From: Lytechinus pictus
Taxonomy: Eukaryota
DNA: 64,000 nucleotides
NCBI RefSeq assembly: GCF_037042905.1
Contig: NC_087247.1
Location: 5,270,001-5,334,000, forward strand
Direction: 5' to 3'
The translations under genes were made by a program, and so were the position numbers. This document shows, piece by piece, positions 13,480 to 26,487 of this stretch (the first letter of the stretch is position 1; every line of letters starts with the position of its first letter). Under the pieces are notes generated by a model that worked only from the letters and a program-made list of their open reading frames with translations, did no database searches and was not told the DNA's origin.

Positions 13480-15920
13480 AGGGGAAGGCGAGGTAAGTTA
13501 TGACACTTTTTGCAAGTACCTTGCCTTAAAATTTAATTCTTCTGAAATATTTTTCACCTATATATAACTTTCTACCCCCACGCTGAAAGTCATTGTCACC
13601 TTTAAAAAAAGGAGATGTCAAATGGCTCAACTTGCCCCATCTGTGGGGTAAGTTGAGCCACCTTCTTGGGTAGGTTGAGCCACAAAAACTATGTACAAAA
13701 TGTATGGGGGAAGAACCGTCATATCAATTTTTTATTAAAGTCTTTTCACTTGCCAATTCTCTATAAATACTAACATCATCTAAAAGGAAAAGATCAGTTA
13801 TGTAAATTTGCTCAATTCTGCCTGCATATCGATGGCTTTTTAAGGTTTTTTCTATTTTTATATACATTACCATCAGCGGCGTAACAGGGGTCGGTGGCCA
13901 GGGGGGGGGGGGGCAAGAGCCAAAAATTTCCCGGTCATATCATGGTATGAACAGGCGTAATGGTGTAAAGAGGCGACTATTTTGAGAAGACCAGAATTTA
14001 TCTTTAAAAAAGTTCCGAGCGAGCGAGCAAAATTTTTGATCTTTTTAATACAAAAATCCAATTTTGTGATATATTTTGACATAATAGCAAGAGAATAATA
14101 TATTTCACTCTTCTCTCTTTAGACTCCTTTTTTGTCACTGTGGTCTTGTACGCCACTGTGAACAGGATTCTTTGCGGCAGTAGCGTGAATAGTAAAAAAA
14201 AAAAAAAAATAAATAAAAAAACAAAGAGGGGCGCAGTATAGCACATGTGCTAAAAAGCTGCTTTATATATAAGTCACGAGCGAGCGAAGCGAGCAAGAAA
14301 AAAATCAACTTTTCATGAGAATCTAACTTTGAGCTATTTTTGACATTATATTAAGTAATTAAAATCATATCCTACAATTTTCCTTTGCTTTTCTCTCTTC
14401 CTTTTTTGTTGTTCTTGTCTGTAGAACCTTTTGGGGCCATGGCCCAACTCTTCCATACGCAGTGCTGTGCGTTTGGGGTCCGGGGCGGAGCCCCCGGAAC
14501 TTCTTGATATCAAAGCCATTTAAACCTCGCAGATTTCCGCAATTTTAATCAAATCGCGGTCATATACAGAATACAGCTTTTACACAACACATTTATTCAA
14601 CCCAGTTGCGTAATGAACCAAATATTTTGACGGGGCAAAACATAGCAATGTGGGAAAATTGTGTAAAATGTTGCCAGCGCGCAAAGCGAGCTGAAAAAAA
14701 AATGCCTATTAAAATTAAATTATAATTATGTGATAGATTTTTCCATTATTTTCAGCAAATAACGCATTTCATTGTTTCCATTCATTTCATTAAACGTTGT
14801 CTCCTATAAAATTTCTTTTATTTCCTCTTGGGTGTGGAACCACGTACGACCCCCCCCTTCTCCGCGCCTGTATGCTAGTGATTGAACGTGACTGAACAGG
14901 GGGGGGGGGGGGCGTTATACAGCCATTTGAAGGTTATAAATGAAGAGCCCCTACTGCGTGGGGTCTGGGGCAAAGCCCCGCGGTAGCTTATTTGCATAAA
15001 ATTTAGCAAGCTTATAGCACAATGTTGCATGCAGTCCATTCTTCCCGCTCTTTAATTTCAATCATCGGCAGCCCGGTCGTGTTATTATTATATTTTTCTT
15101 GTCCCTTTTCTTTGTTTTCCAATTTAGCTTTTGACTAAATACATTCTACCTTCGTTTCCCGCTATTGTTTGCCCTTTTGTTTTCTTTTAATTTCTTTCCC
15201 ACTGTGCTATCGCATTTCATAGGCCTATTTTTCAATGATTTGTCCTTTCTCAAATGTTCATTCGTACATTTTCCCGCTTTCCTTCCTTTTCCATTAAAAA
15301 AAGTTTTTTTCTTCGTTTTCTTTTCATTTTTCTCTTTCCCTTACCTCCTTTTCTTTTCCATTTCCTTCCCCTTTCCCTTTCTTTCTCCCTCATTTTTTTC
15401 CCCCCGTTTTTCTTTTATTTTCCCGGTGAAATCCGCCAGGGGGGGGGGGGCAACTTGCCTCCCCCTGCCCCCCGCCTGTTACGCCACTGATTACCATAAG
15501 AAATACCATGGCTTAACTTGCCCCATGTTGTCTGGCTCAACTTACCCCATTCCGAACTGGATGCGATAATTTCGCATCCACACATTTCTTATGCATCCAT
15601 CATGTTAAAGACTATGACAAGAATGAAGATCCATACCTGGACTAACAATGTTGTTCTTATGTCTTTATTATATTTAAAGACGTGTGTGTGTAAAAGCACT
15701 TATCTATTTCACACACTTTTTTTTACTTTTTTTGCTGAAATCTATATATTTCCCTCTAAGAAAGTACTTTTTGTTTCAAAGTTGAAATCAATGTGGTGGG
15801 GTCAGGGGTTATGCGATGGGTCATCAATACATGACACCAACACAATGTCTAACTCATTCATTATCGGACTGGGGGTGGTGGCAAAACTTGCCCCTATGCT
15901 CAACTTACCCCGCCTTCCCC
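13480..15920. mobile_element. TA-flanked non-autonomous DNA transposon (Tc1/mariner-pogo-like), interrupted by a nested element
   Basis: TA-ggggaaggcgRggtaagtt...aacttaccccgccttcccc-TA. An uninterrupted copy lies at 38233-39086. Confidence 0.85.
13874..15489. mobile_element. Nested hAT-like non-autonomous element
   Basis: TIR cagYggcgtaacagg with a perfect 8-bp TSD ATTACCAT (13866-13873, 15490-15497). The empty copy near 38665 has a single ATTACCAT. Confidence 0.88.
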
Positions 15921-16270
15921 TACATCCTGGAATTTTCAGCCCATTCCATGATTGAAAAAGTATTATAAAACTCATACAACGATTCTTGTAATTTGATTGG
16001 TTGAAAGCCATTCAATATTTGATCCATTTTGTGCTACATGCAAATTTTATTTTCCATTGCACGGCGACCGTCCATTTTTGTATCTTTCCATTGCACGGTT
16101 GAGATCTCTCCTTCATGTGTGTGAACGAACATTTTGTGTGTGTGTGTGTTTGCGCATATCGAAGAAAGCGCATCAACAGGGCTGACTGTGCGCATTTAGA
16201 TTCATGAATCAAAGTGCGTCACCAAAGAACAAAACAATTAACTGTTTTTATATCCTACATAAATTGAATC

Positions 16271-16447
16271 CAGGAGACCGTTTCATAAAGCTGTTCGTAA
16301 GTTAAGAGCGACTTTAAGAACGACTGGTGAACCTTTCTTACGCGCTAAGTAATCACCAATGAACATATAATTTACCACAAGAAAGGATCACCAATCGTTC
16401 TTAAAGTCGCTTTTAACTTACGAACAGCTTTATGAAACACCGCCCTG
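16271..16447. mobile_element. Foldback MITE
   Basis: About 70-bp inverted arms: gtttcataaagctgttcgtaagttaa...ttaacttacgaacagctttatgaaac. Confidence 0.75.
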
Positions 16448-16769
16448 TATAGTGATTGGTTCAAATAGCATCATGTGACCGAATATATTTCAACTATGAT
16501 GTTGCGTGACGTCAGACCTCGATATATTTTTCGCTATACCAATATTCTGACGTCACTATTTTAGAAAACTGGATATTTAGCTAAACTCTCGGGCGCACCG
16601 GCCAGCGTGCTATCTCTCCCGGGCAAGTCCCGCGATGCGTCGGCGCAGGCACTCATCTGCGTTTCGCTGAGCGCGGTGGCTCGGAGAAAAGGAGGTAATT
16701 CAAGGCAAGTAACTGGACTTTGCAAGCTCAGCGCAAAGATTGTGGTTATAAATTATTAAAAGTAGGATA

Positions 16770-16950
16770 TAAAACAAATACATCAGGCGTTTCATTCGAA
16801 AGCAAATAGTGGGAATTATTAATCCTCGGTTGAACTGGCAAACTACTATTTTTCCCTCGGGGCTTCGCCCCTCGGGAAAAATAGTAATTGCCAGACCAAC
16901 CTCGGATAAATAATTCCACTATACTTTCTCAAAGCCTGATATATTTGTTT
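16770..16950. repeat. Imperfect ~180-bp palindrome centred on GGCTTCGCC
   Basis: Arms aaacaaata-atcaggc...ctatttttccc and gggaaaaatag...gcctgat-tatttgttt. Confidence 0.7.
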
Positions 16951-17829
16951 ATCATACGGGGGGAAAATAAAAATATTTTCAGAGTAAATGAATTGTCAGA
17001 CAAAGGAAAAATAGGCCTTAATTCCATCTGATTTAGTTTTTTCTTCTTTATTGTCAAATAACAAAATCTAGAAAATTCGTTGTATAAACCAAGGGATGCA
17101 TGTCTTCATTCGTCCATTATGCGACCTATCCACTCTCGCTGAGGCTGTGTTCACCCACATTGCACTCGTGCAATGGGTTGAATAGAGCCTCAACTCGTGT
17201 GAGGATAGATCACCTAATGAAATCATGTGCATGCATTATATTATAATTTTATAAACAAGTAAAGAATACGAAGATATTTAATTTTGTTCGGTCCCCTGAT
17301 CAAATTAGATTTTATGTAGAATCTTTAAATTTATCAAATAAAAACATGTTTTCGTTTATATCCTTCCCACCACAACAGCTTTAGGGCACCTGCATTGATA
17401 TTATCTAGTAATAAATTGTAATAGTGACATGCCCTTTTTTTTTTTTGGGGGGGGGTTACCAAAACTAAAGATAGGCTTTAACAGTCATTCTAAAATTCCA
17501 AATGTGTAACTTCAGAGAGTGAGAGAAAAACAAAATACAGATCTTTTCTATAGGCCCATGCGTGCCCTGTGTTGAAGTTTGTAACGAAGATTTGTTTTAG
17601 AATGCTTGCTCAAAAATTGAGATTTATACAATCATTATCATTTAGGTACTTTGCTAGACATTATGCCATCAAAACCTCAACTTTGATGATGGTTTTGATT
17701 GCAAACGACTCCTTCAAAAAAATAGATAGTCGTACTACGTTCCTTATAATTTGCGTTAAATAAAATGAATTTGATAAGAGGTCGTAAAAAACCCTTTACA
17801 GTTGTTATTATTAATTTCGATAACTTAAG

Positions 17830-18369
17830 TTGACAGGAGGAATACTGATGCATTAAATGGACCCAAACTATTGTCAAGCGGTTGGAATTGACAATTATGG
17901 CGCCCTGACCAATCGTTATGGATTTGACGATACATAAGATGGCTGTGATGACAATGAAGTAGATAACTGTGTTGACAATGATTGCCACATCGATGATGAC
18001 AGCGAAGGTAACGGCGATGATGATGCTTGTGATGACGACGTCGGTTGTGATATTGATGACGACAATGATGAAGATGATGATGACGATGATGACGATGATG
18101 ATTGCGATGATGATGATTGTGATGATGACAATGCTGATGATGATTGTGATGATGACGATTGTGATAATGACGTTGAATGTGATGACGATGACGGTAGAGA
18201 TGACACGGCTACTGATGATGGTGATGATGATTGTAATGATGGCGATAATTGTGATAATGACGGTGATGATGACGGCAAGGGTGACGATTGCGCAGATGAC
18301 GATGGTTGTGCATCTTTCACCGACGACGATGCCGATGATGGTCCTAGTAAACTTCTCACCCTATTTTAA
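17830..18369 (+). pseudogene. Orphan Asp/Cys-rich acidic exon, probably a disabled family member
   Basis: Frame 17938-18369 reads DGCDDNEVDNCVDNDCHIDDDSEGNGDDDACDDDVGC...DDCDDDDCDD...GPSKLLTLF* (143 aa, 14 Cys by my count). It is preceded in frame by TAA (17935-17937) and MDPNYCQAVGIDNYGALTNRYGFDDT. No signal-peptide exon was found upstream. Confidence 0.55.
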
Positions 18370-18951
18370 CAAATCAAGTAAATTGCCCTTGCTATGAATT
18401 ATTCATATCCTCGTCGTTTTCCCACTAGAAATATGATTGTTTTGCTAATGCAGTGTTTGTGGTATTAATGATTATGAGCTAGTAATTGGTGTGTTAATAA
18501 GTTCAGTGTGATCAATTATTTAAGTTTTGAGTGTAAGTAGGTGATAATATCCTGGTATGGCTCATTTTAGCAGTAATGAAGTCATGCGATTGTATTTTTG
18601 TGTACCTCACGAAATATACAAGTTCATCAAGATATTTTAAATTCTGTGTTTTTATGATAAAACATAATGCACAACATATAGCTTATACATTGGAGATGAG
18701 AATTTTCATTTTCTTGAGAGGACCTCGAAGGAAATACCACGGGAATGACGGTAACAGATATGATCGTTTATTTTTTATTTTCACAATAGACTTATCGTCA
18801 AAACTTATATAGGCCTAGGTTATATGGAATGTTGTTTGTATAAACTGATAAAAGGAAATACATGTTCACTTAAGTCAAGAAGAGATAGATGGTATATGAC
18901 ATGTCTTTTTCAGTTCAGACAACTTATGGAATAGGGGGAAGAGAGAGAGAA

Positions 18952-18983
<32 letters not shown>

Positions 18984-20059
18984 GGAGAGGAAGAGGGGGA
19001 GAGGGGGGGGGGGGGAGGGGATAGATGGAGTTTTAGAGGGTGAAGAAGGCTGAATGACAGAGTGGTAGGTACATGATATAGTAACAGAAAACATATGTAT
19101 GAAATTCATATAGGCAGTTATGTTAGCTTTCTTCTTTTAGATTAATATTACTTATCTTTCGATTAAACAAAGCCCTTTTTGGAATTTCACTGAGCTGCAA
19201 ATGCTTGCGAGGTGTTTACCACTGTTCATAAAAATGTATGAAAAAAAGTTCTTAAAAGTTTGCATTCAAGTTATTAGAAACAAAATTGTTTTCAAATTAT
19301 AGGTTTCAAAGAAGTTCGCAAATAGCTTTTGATTTCCCAAAAAGACGTTTGCAAAACTCGTCAGAAAAGTTATCGAATCAATACATTCGTTCTGACAGAG
19401 ATACACCCACAAAAATAAAGGAATAATATACACATATACCAAAATAAGAGGAAAATTGAAGTTTTCGTTTAATATGCTTTAATGTTATACACCTCCAAAT
19501 GTCACCATATACGTTTATAAACTTCACCAGAAATGTAACTTAAATGTAGAGATAATTTACCACCCTTTCAAAAATTAATGTCTGAATGCAGACCGAAGAG
19601 GAAAAGTAAAGGGCTGTTATCTATCTATATCAGCAAAAAGTAGGCAAAATGGCTTCACAGTATTTGCCATAACATATTTTATAGATAGCATTTATATGTA
19701 TCACATTTGATTACCTAGGGTTATGCCAATACACAATATTCATAAACATGAAGAAATCAATCCATATAATCCAATTACAATATATTTATCACTGACAGTA
19801 TGTTTACATTAGAATGAGGCAATCGAACATTAAAAAGGAACATGAGTAATCACGAAAAGATATCCCACTTGTACAGTAAAGCTCTCTCCCAGATTCTGTG
19901 ACCCAAGTCCTTAAACTAATCCAGTCATCACTTAAAAAAAATAGACATTTAGTTCATTTGGAACGCATCAACGTTTGTCTGAGTAAGGTAAGTGTCAGAA
20001 AGATGGTTCCAAAGGGTTGTTTCTGCACATGTAAATCACCTGTCAGTCACCAAAAATAA

Positions 20060-20775
20060 TCTCATCAAAAAAAGTTTGGAAATCTGACTTTGATCGATAA
20101 TCCCTCCTTGGATTTAGTAAATATCAATGAATAGATCATTTAATTTCCTTTAAATGATACCCTACATGATATGATTATGGTTCACATGGAGGTGCAGTGG
20201 CTTGAAATGTGGGGCAAGGTCAATATTCAAAAGTTGCAAAATGACACAATATTGAAAGTCACTGTTCTTTTTTCCGTGGTGATGAGTGAGTTCTCAGCGG
20301 TTTCTTTTAATTGTTTTCACGCACCTTAACATCAACATTAACATGCAATCAAACACACCTCTGCACAAGCAAGCATATAAGAAACAAACAAACATGCATG
20401 AGTATTTCAAACCACGACTCAAACCATGTTATCTCACAGAACCATCACTACATAAACCACAACAAAACATAAAATATGAAGAAGCAGGGGCTTGATTTGA
20501 ATAGATTTTCATCTCTATTGACACAGACAAAAGAATCATGTTCTGTAATGACCCTTCATGACTATTTCTGTTCGTTTTGCAGCGTTTCAATTCTGACCAA
20601 AATCCAACAATTTTGAATCCTGCTCTTTTTGTGATGGCATGATCATAACAGGCATGGTATCATTTTAAAGTTAATTAAATGATATTTTGAATGATGTCAA
20701 ATATGCATTGTGTTAAAGTTGGAGTTGGGAAAAATTAATGGCGAAACTCAGATTTCCAAACTTTTTTTGACGGGT
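20060..20775. mobile_element. Tc1/mariner-like MITE (family also at 33138-33858 and truncated at 4415-4790)
   Basis: TIR ...tcaaaaaaagtttggaaatctga / tcagatttccaaactttttttga, with three homologous copies in the window. Confidence 0.75.
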
Positions 20776-21444
20776 TTTTTCTATATTTTACTCCTGATTA
20801 TTACCACCAAGTTTTATGGATTCACTACACATTTCCAAATACATGTTACGTTATCTTTTATGACTTGGGATTTTGTAAAACAGACTCCAGGAAAGAGGTA
20901 TCACTGATTCCACACGGGCCATTTGTTAGATAAAACAATCTTTGGATGATATAATATCTGGAAGAACATGAACAAGAAATCCTAATTTTTATACAATTTG
21001 TTAATATGATTCTGATAAAAAACTATGATCACCGTCATTTTTTTTTCATTTTAGTTATTTCGTATGCTTACAAATATGTCCGGGTAAGGTGTTTGGCTTT
21101 TGGGATTTTTGCTTTCATTCATTCATTGCTCAACATATTATTTCAGAGTGCTAAAATGATCACAAATTACTTATATTTAATAAAATCAAAATCTCGAACA
21201 GCAGTCGAGCCGTTCTTTTTTCATTACCCGAGCCACTTCGCCAACGTTATGCTATTCTCACCTTGTTCCTAATATATTAACAATATTTTCTTGTTGTTTC
21301 GTTAATATCATCATATATCATATTTTCTATTTTTTGTTAGATTGTTCTTTGGGCCTGATAAGGCCATCATAAAATGATGAAAAGTGGCCAATGACTGTCA
21401 CTTGAATTAAATTAAAAATACAAGGTTTTACATCAAGCTATTAA

Positions 21445-22023
21445 AGGGGAATGAAACCTTTGGAACAAGTAGGCTTCTGTCAAAACAGAAAAATTAAAGA
21501 ACAAAGAAAGTTTGAGAAAAATCGGTTAAATAATGAGAAAGTTATGAGCATTTGAACATTGCAATCACTAATGTTATGGAGATCCTCCAATTGGCAATGC
21601 GACAAGGATGTGTGATGTCACATGTGAACAACTTTCCCTTTGATGGACTATAAAATACCCCAAAAATGTATCTTTTTGCTTCTTCTTATGGTGATACAAA
21701 CTCTTTATCCATGATGTATTCTTTAAAAATCTGTATTATATGCCCTCCTATAGAAAGAACATATGATCTACAGATAGATGTGATAAAAGAGGCAGTTTAA
21801 GTGAAATATATACTACAGTAATGGGGAGAGTTGTTCACAAGTGACATCACACATATTTGTCGCATTGTCAATGTGAGGATCTCCATAGCATTAGTGATTG
21901 CAATATTCAAATGCTCATAACTTTATCATTATTTGCCTGATTTTTCTCAAACTTTCGTTAATCTGTTTCTTTGATTTTTCTGCTTTCACACAAGCTATCT
22001 TGTTCCAAAGGTTTCATTCTCCT
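21445..22023. mobile_element. TTAA-flanked foldback element (Kolobok-like)
   Basis: TTAA-aggggaatgaaacctttggaacaag...cttgttccaaaggtttcattctcct-TTAA, with ~190-bp inverted arms. Confidence 0.85.
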
Positions 22024-22277
22024 TTAAAATATGAATTAACGCTGTTCTTACATCTGTCCTTGTTGAGAGCTAAAGGGAATGTGTTGGAGGGGAGTGAATT
22101 CCACAGCCGAGCCGTCCTTGAAATATATGAAGATTGATGAAGAGAAGTATTTGACTTTGGGACTGTGACTCTAAAGGGGTGGGCAGATGCAGTAGTAGAG
22201 GAGCGGGGGGGGGGGGGTAAAATATAAATATTGAAGTCGGAAAATAATGTAATGTGTCTGTCAGTTTTCTTTTCATT

Positions 22278-24336
22278 TTAATTTTCGGAGTGTATTTTAC
22301 GCATGTTCTGGTCGTTGCATTTGTCGTCGATACAACAAACCGAGTAGTTTAAATACTCTTTACCGTCAACATTCATATCACCTTGTAATTCACAATCATC
22401 GCTGTTCTGCTTGCAACGCCGTTCGATTTCAACTGTCTCGACCTTCATATTATCGTGGTTAAGGTTGTTGATAAGTCTCATCTATAAAATATAACGAGCC
22501 TGAATGTGTTATAAATTTATGCAGACCACTCCTATTCATATGCTGTACATGTATATTGATTGAATCCATTCAATTATACAAAATAACACGTTAAGTTCTT
22601 TTGGTGACAAGTTTTTAATGGACCTGGAAAGCGGGGGTGCTGGGGATGCTGAAGCACCCCAGAGATTTTCATTGGGGGTGCTGCTTGTATTATTTGCATA
22701 GGCTGCACCCCTAAGAATTATGGACGGTGTGACTACATTAACAAAAAACCCTTTCTTTTTTTGTCAAATTTTTTGGGACGAAAATGACCTGTATTTTGGA
22801 ATAAAACTTTTCTTTCTTTTGCTTGTCAAATTGATATAAGCACCATGCATGGTGTCATAGGCGGCGGAAGCGGGGGGAACCTGTCCCCCCTGAATTTGAG
22901 ATGGGGATTCTTTGTTGATAACCTTCTTTTTCTTTTTTTTTTTGCTTGTCAAAAAAAATTGTCGTTCCCCCCTTACATTTTGGTTGATAACCTTTTTTTT
23001 TGCTTGTTAAAATATGTTACTGGTCCCCCTAATTTTTTTGGCTTCCGCCGCCAATGCATGGTGTCCCCCACTTTTTTTAATGGGGGACACAATATGAAGT
23101 GTTCCTCCCCCAATACTTGTAGAGAGGGCAAATAAAAGAAAAAAGGAAGGAAGGAAAGCAAGAAGAAGAAAAGAAAACAGGAGAAAATGAAAAGCAAAAA
23201 TAAGAGGAAGACGAGTGATTAAATATCTACATAATTCTGAACCAAAAAGACTTTATTACAATCCTAACTCTAACCCCTCTAAGCCCTATTAATAATGCCA
23301 CCTTTACACGTTTCAATTGTCAAATAATTCCTCATTCTCCATACGTGCACCCAAACAATGTACAAACAGGTTCGCCAATGTCTTAACCGTACAAATAATA
23401 AACTTACGTAGCACTTTGTGACGCCTTGGTCACATTCGACGGGAGACATTTCATCTTGTAAATTTACCAGGCAGTATGATTCACCCTTGTCCCCATTGTT
23501 CTCACATGAATAACATTGGAGAGCTAGGGAGTAATCTTCAAAATAGATAAAAAACAAACATCACAACAAATAGTATGAAAGAATTGGTTTGCTCTAAAAA
23601 CGAATAAATGAAATAACAATAAATAAATGACAGGTAAACAATAATCATACACAACATCCTATAGTTTTTATGTTTCATATTAAACCATCTAATCTAAGTT
23701 CATGTTAGGTTTGTCATATCATATGATGCCCCTCATTTCAAGGCAAACTTAATTATCTATATTTCTCCGTATTTTAATGACTGTTTCAAATTTGTAACCT
23801 CTTCATGAATTTAGGCCAAATTTTACAATCAAGCTCGTATATACATATTAATGCTTAAAGGTGAAATTCAAACTTTCATAGAAATATCATGAAATCAGAA
23901 TTATTTGAGAAGTACACACTTTTTATTATTTGTAAAAAAACATGCCATCCTTATAAAAAATAAGTCTCAGCATAATTATCTCATTGAATTAGTGACTAAA
24001 ATCATATTTTGGCATTCCTGGACGATAAAAATTTAGTACAATACATAATTTCAAACTATGATAAAATGCATAAGAATATGTGAGAAGACGACGTCATCAA
24101 CCCGCTAACTGCACACGAGGACATACATAACTTTTTTACCAAAAAATGCAAAACTGAGCTAGTATTTGTTTTTTATTACTCCTTAATTTTTTTAACTTTA
24201 GATTTTACTCTGTTTATATGCTTAAACCACAAGCATAAACGATTCGCCCTAGCTATGAAAGTTATTAATGAATATTTGACTTACCTGCCATTATGCCCAC
24301 GATCACGAATGCTATCAACAGAAGTGAGCCTTTCAT
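22278..24336 (-). CDS. Secreted Ly6/uPAR (three-finger) domain protein, copy 2 (~127 aa); complement join(24336..24285,23535..23408,22481..22278)
   Basis: Exon sizes (52/128/204 nt) are the same as copy 1, all 10 Cys are kept and splice sites are intact. The last exon corresponds to ORF 22278..22481. Confidence 0.88.
22856..23056. mobile_element. hAT-like MITE nested in another repeat
   Basis: TIR catWggcggcggaagc with a perfect 8-bp TSD CATGGTGT. Confidence 0.85.
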
Positions 24337-24567
24337 GTTTGCTAAACAACTAGATCTGTTAAAACAATATGAGAATTTTTTTTGGTGTGCTACTAAAAGT
24401 TGAATTCAAATACAAATTATCAAATATACTGACTATAATCTCAGTCATAGAAGCATTACGACAGGATGCGTTTTTACAAGATGGAATTTGCAGCTCACCT
24501 GGTCTCGGGGAATGTTGAACGGTCACCTTGCGATAAGTCTGACTCTCATAATCCGATCGAGCTATCC

Positions 24568-24575
24568 TATTTATA
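24568..24575 (-). promoter_or_regulatory. Candidate TATA box of three-finger gene copy 2
   Basis: Homologous to 9785-9792. The downstream donor is CAG|GTGAG versus CAG|GTAAG in copy 1, so both are valid donors. Confidence 0.6.
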
Positions 24576-25279
24576 CAGTATAATCAATTAATCTTGTTTC
24601 GAGTGACTGTCTGATGAACTACTCTTATCGTATCATATTCATCAATCAAACTTTGGAAAAATAGATAGAAAAAAATATCATTTTATGGTTCAGTGATAGG
24701 AAACTGGGAATAACTCTCCCTTATTAGCGTGATCAGAAAGATCATGAAAATAATGATAGGGAATTTTTTACAACCACACTACGCATGCACTTTCTTGAGC
24801 GTAGATAATATATTGCCAACAGCCCTTCATGACAAAGCAATCTTGCAACTTTTTCAGCAGCTCCGAATCTAGGGACGACCTGCAGTTCCCGTTCACCATA
24901 TTTCGACAATGACCTCCTAGCTGTTCTTTTTCATTTTGACTGGCATTTTCAATACATTACCCTGTTCTTGAATCCGTCCCCGTTGCAGTTGCTAAAACTC
25001 ATTACTGAGAGGAGGCGTGGTTCGAGAAGAATATACAGTACATAATATAAATCTGATTGTGATATGATTTGATACAGAGCACGTGGTGATGTGTAAATGT
25101 AATTTACGTGATCTGTAAACGTGATTTGTTTGACGTGTAAACGTGAACAAATCCCACATGAAAGATGTCGCCATCGTGAGTTTGCTGTATAGGAGAATAC
25201 CCCAGTGTGTACATGATGACCAGAAAATATTTTAGCATTGCATTTCGTAATCTGAGAGGTATCGTGTGAAGGACTCAAA

Positions 25280-25591
25280 GGCCCGTATTGTGAAGTCAGG
25301 TTTAACTTAGATCATGGTCTAACTCTCTGTTAAAATTATGGGAAGCCAGATGTGTCAGAATTGTTTTATTAGGTTGTATGTTCCTTATATTTACTGTGCT
25401 CTTTCCTGATTCATCGATGGTGAAGACGATCATCTATTTATACTTCCTAGACAATTATGAATGATTTGAGAGCCAAATGAGCTCAAATATGATATCTCTA
25501 CTGTTAGTGATTTATGTAACAATTGGCTATCCATACTTAAACCACAACTTTAAATCTGAGTTTAAGTTAAACCGACTTCAGAATACGGGCC
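25280..25591. mobile_element. MITE, paralogous copy of 10495-10871
   Basis: Same TIRs and body, about 65 bp shorter. Confidence 0.7.
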
Positions 25592-26244
25592 GAAGTGTCT
25601 CCAAGATATTCAGGTCCTACCCATCGTACTCCTGTGTATGGTGTATCACGTGATATGCCCCTTGCCATGTTGTTATCGATTTGAATTTCGAAGCCATATG
25701 GATCCTTACGACATAAATCTAACTGATATACATACACCGGTATATCACTTTTTTAGTACAGTGTTTATTACTGAAGTGTTTTGAAAATGATGAATATCAT
25801 GGCAGCTACGTGTTTTGCCCAAAAGTACATCGAACCTTTCTGCTCATGTGCTCATAGTACGTTGTCATTATCTTATACGTGGATATCTTAATGTAAAACA
25901 TATGGCACGAAAAACTTAATTCTGTTTCAATAAATAGAAGAACAAAATATATATTTGATGATTTTACTGAGGTGTTTAGTGTGCGACAACTAGGCTATGT
26001 GTATTTCACAAAGTTCATTGAGCCTTACTATTGAAGAATATATAGGAACGAACTATTTTAGTGGCAGATTATAAATGAATTATTTCCTATCAACGATTAA
26101 AGTAAAACCAAACAACGATGATGACGGCACAAAACGAAGTCTTGCACAAAGTGCATCGAAATGCAAGAAAATTGTCAATCTATTTGTAACAAACACATGG
26201 GCAACGAAACAAGCAATTTTGTAAACATAAATAAAAACATAACA

Positions 26245-26487
26245 GAGGGTCGTGGGTTCGAATCCTAGCTATGGCGTGTTTTCCTTCAGCAAGACATTTA
26301 TCCACACTGTGCTGCACTCGACCTAGGTGAGGCAAATGGGCACCGGCAGGAAGTAATTCCTCAAAAAGCTGTGCGCACCAGAATCGGTAGACTAGCTTAG
26401 CCGCGGTAATATGTAGGAGCGCCTTGAGCACCTAGCCAGGTGGATACGTGCGGTATACAAATCCTATATTATTATTATTATTATTTA
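26245..26487 (+). mobile_element. tRNA-derived SINE, 5' truncated
   Basis: B-box GGTTCGAATCC, a SINE-like core, and an (ATT)n tail. Confidence 0.75.

Larger units (their letters stand above)
18940..26230 (+). repeat. Segmental duplication, unit 2 (carries three-finger gene copy 2)
   Basis: See unit 1. It differs by independent transposon insertions and indels. Confidence 0.9.

Noticed and set aside
26245-26275. tRNA gene suggested by GGTTCGAATCC
   Set aside because: No cloverleaf. It continues into a SINE body and an (ATT)n tail.
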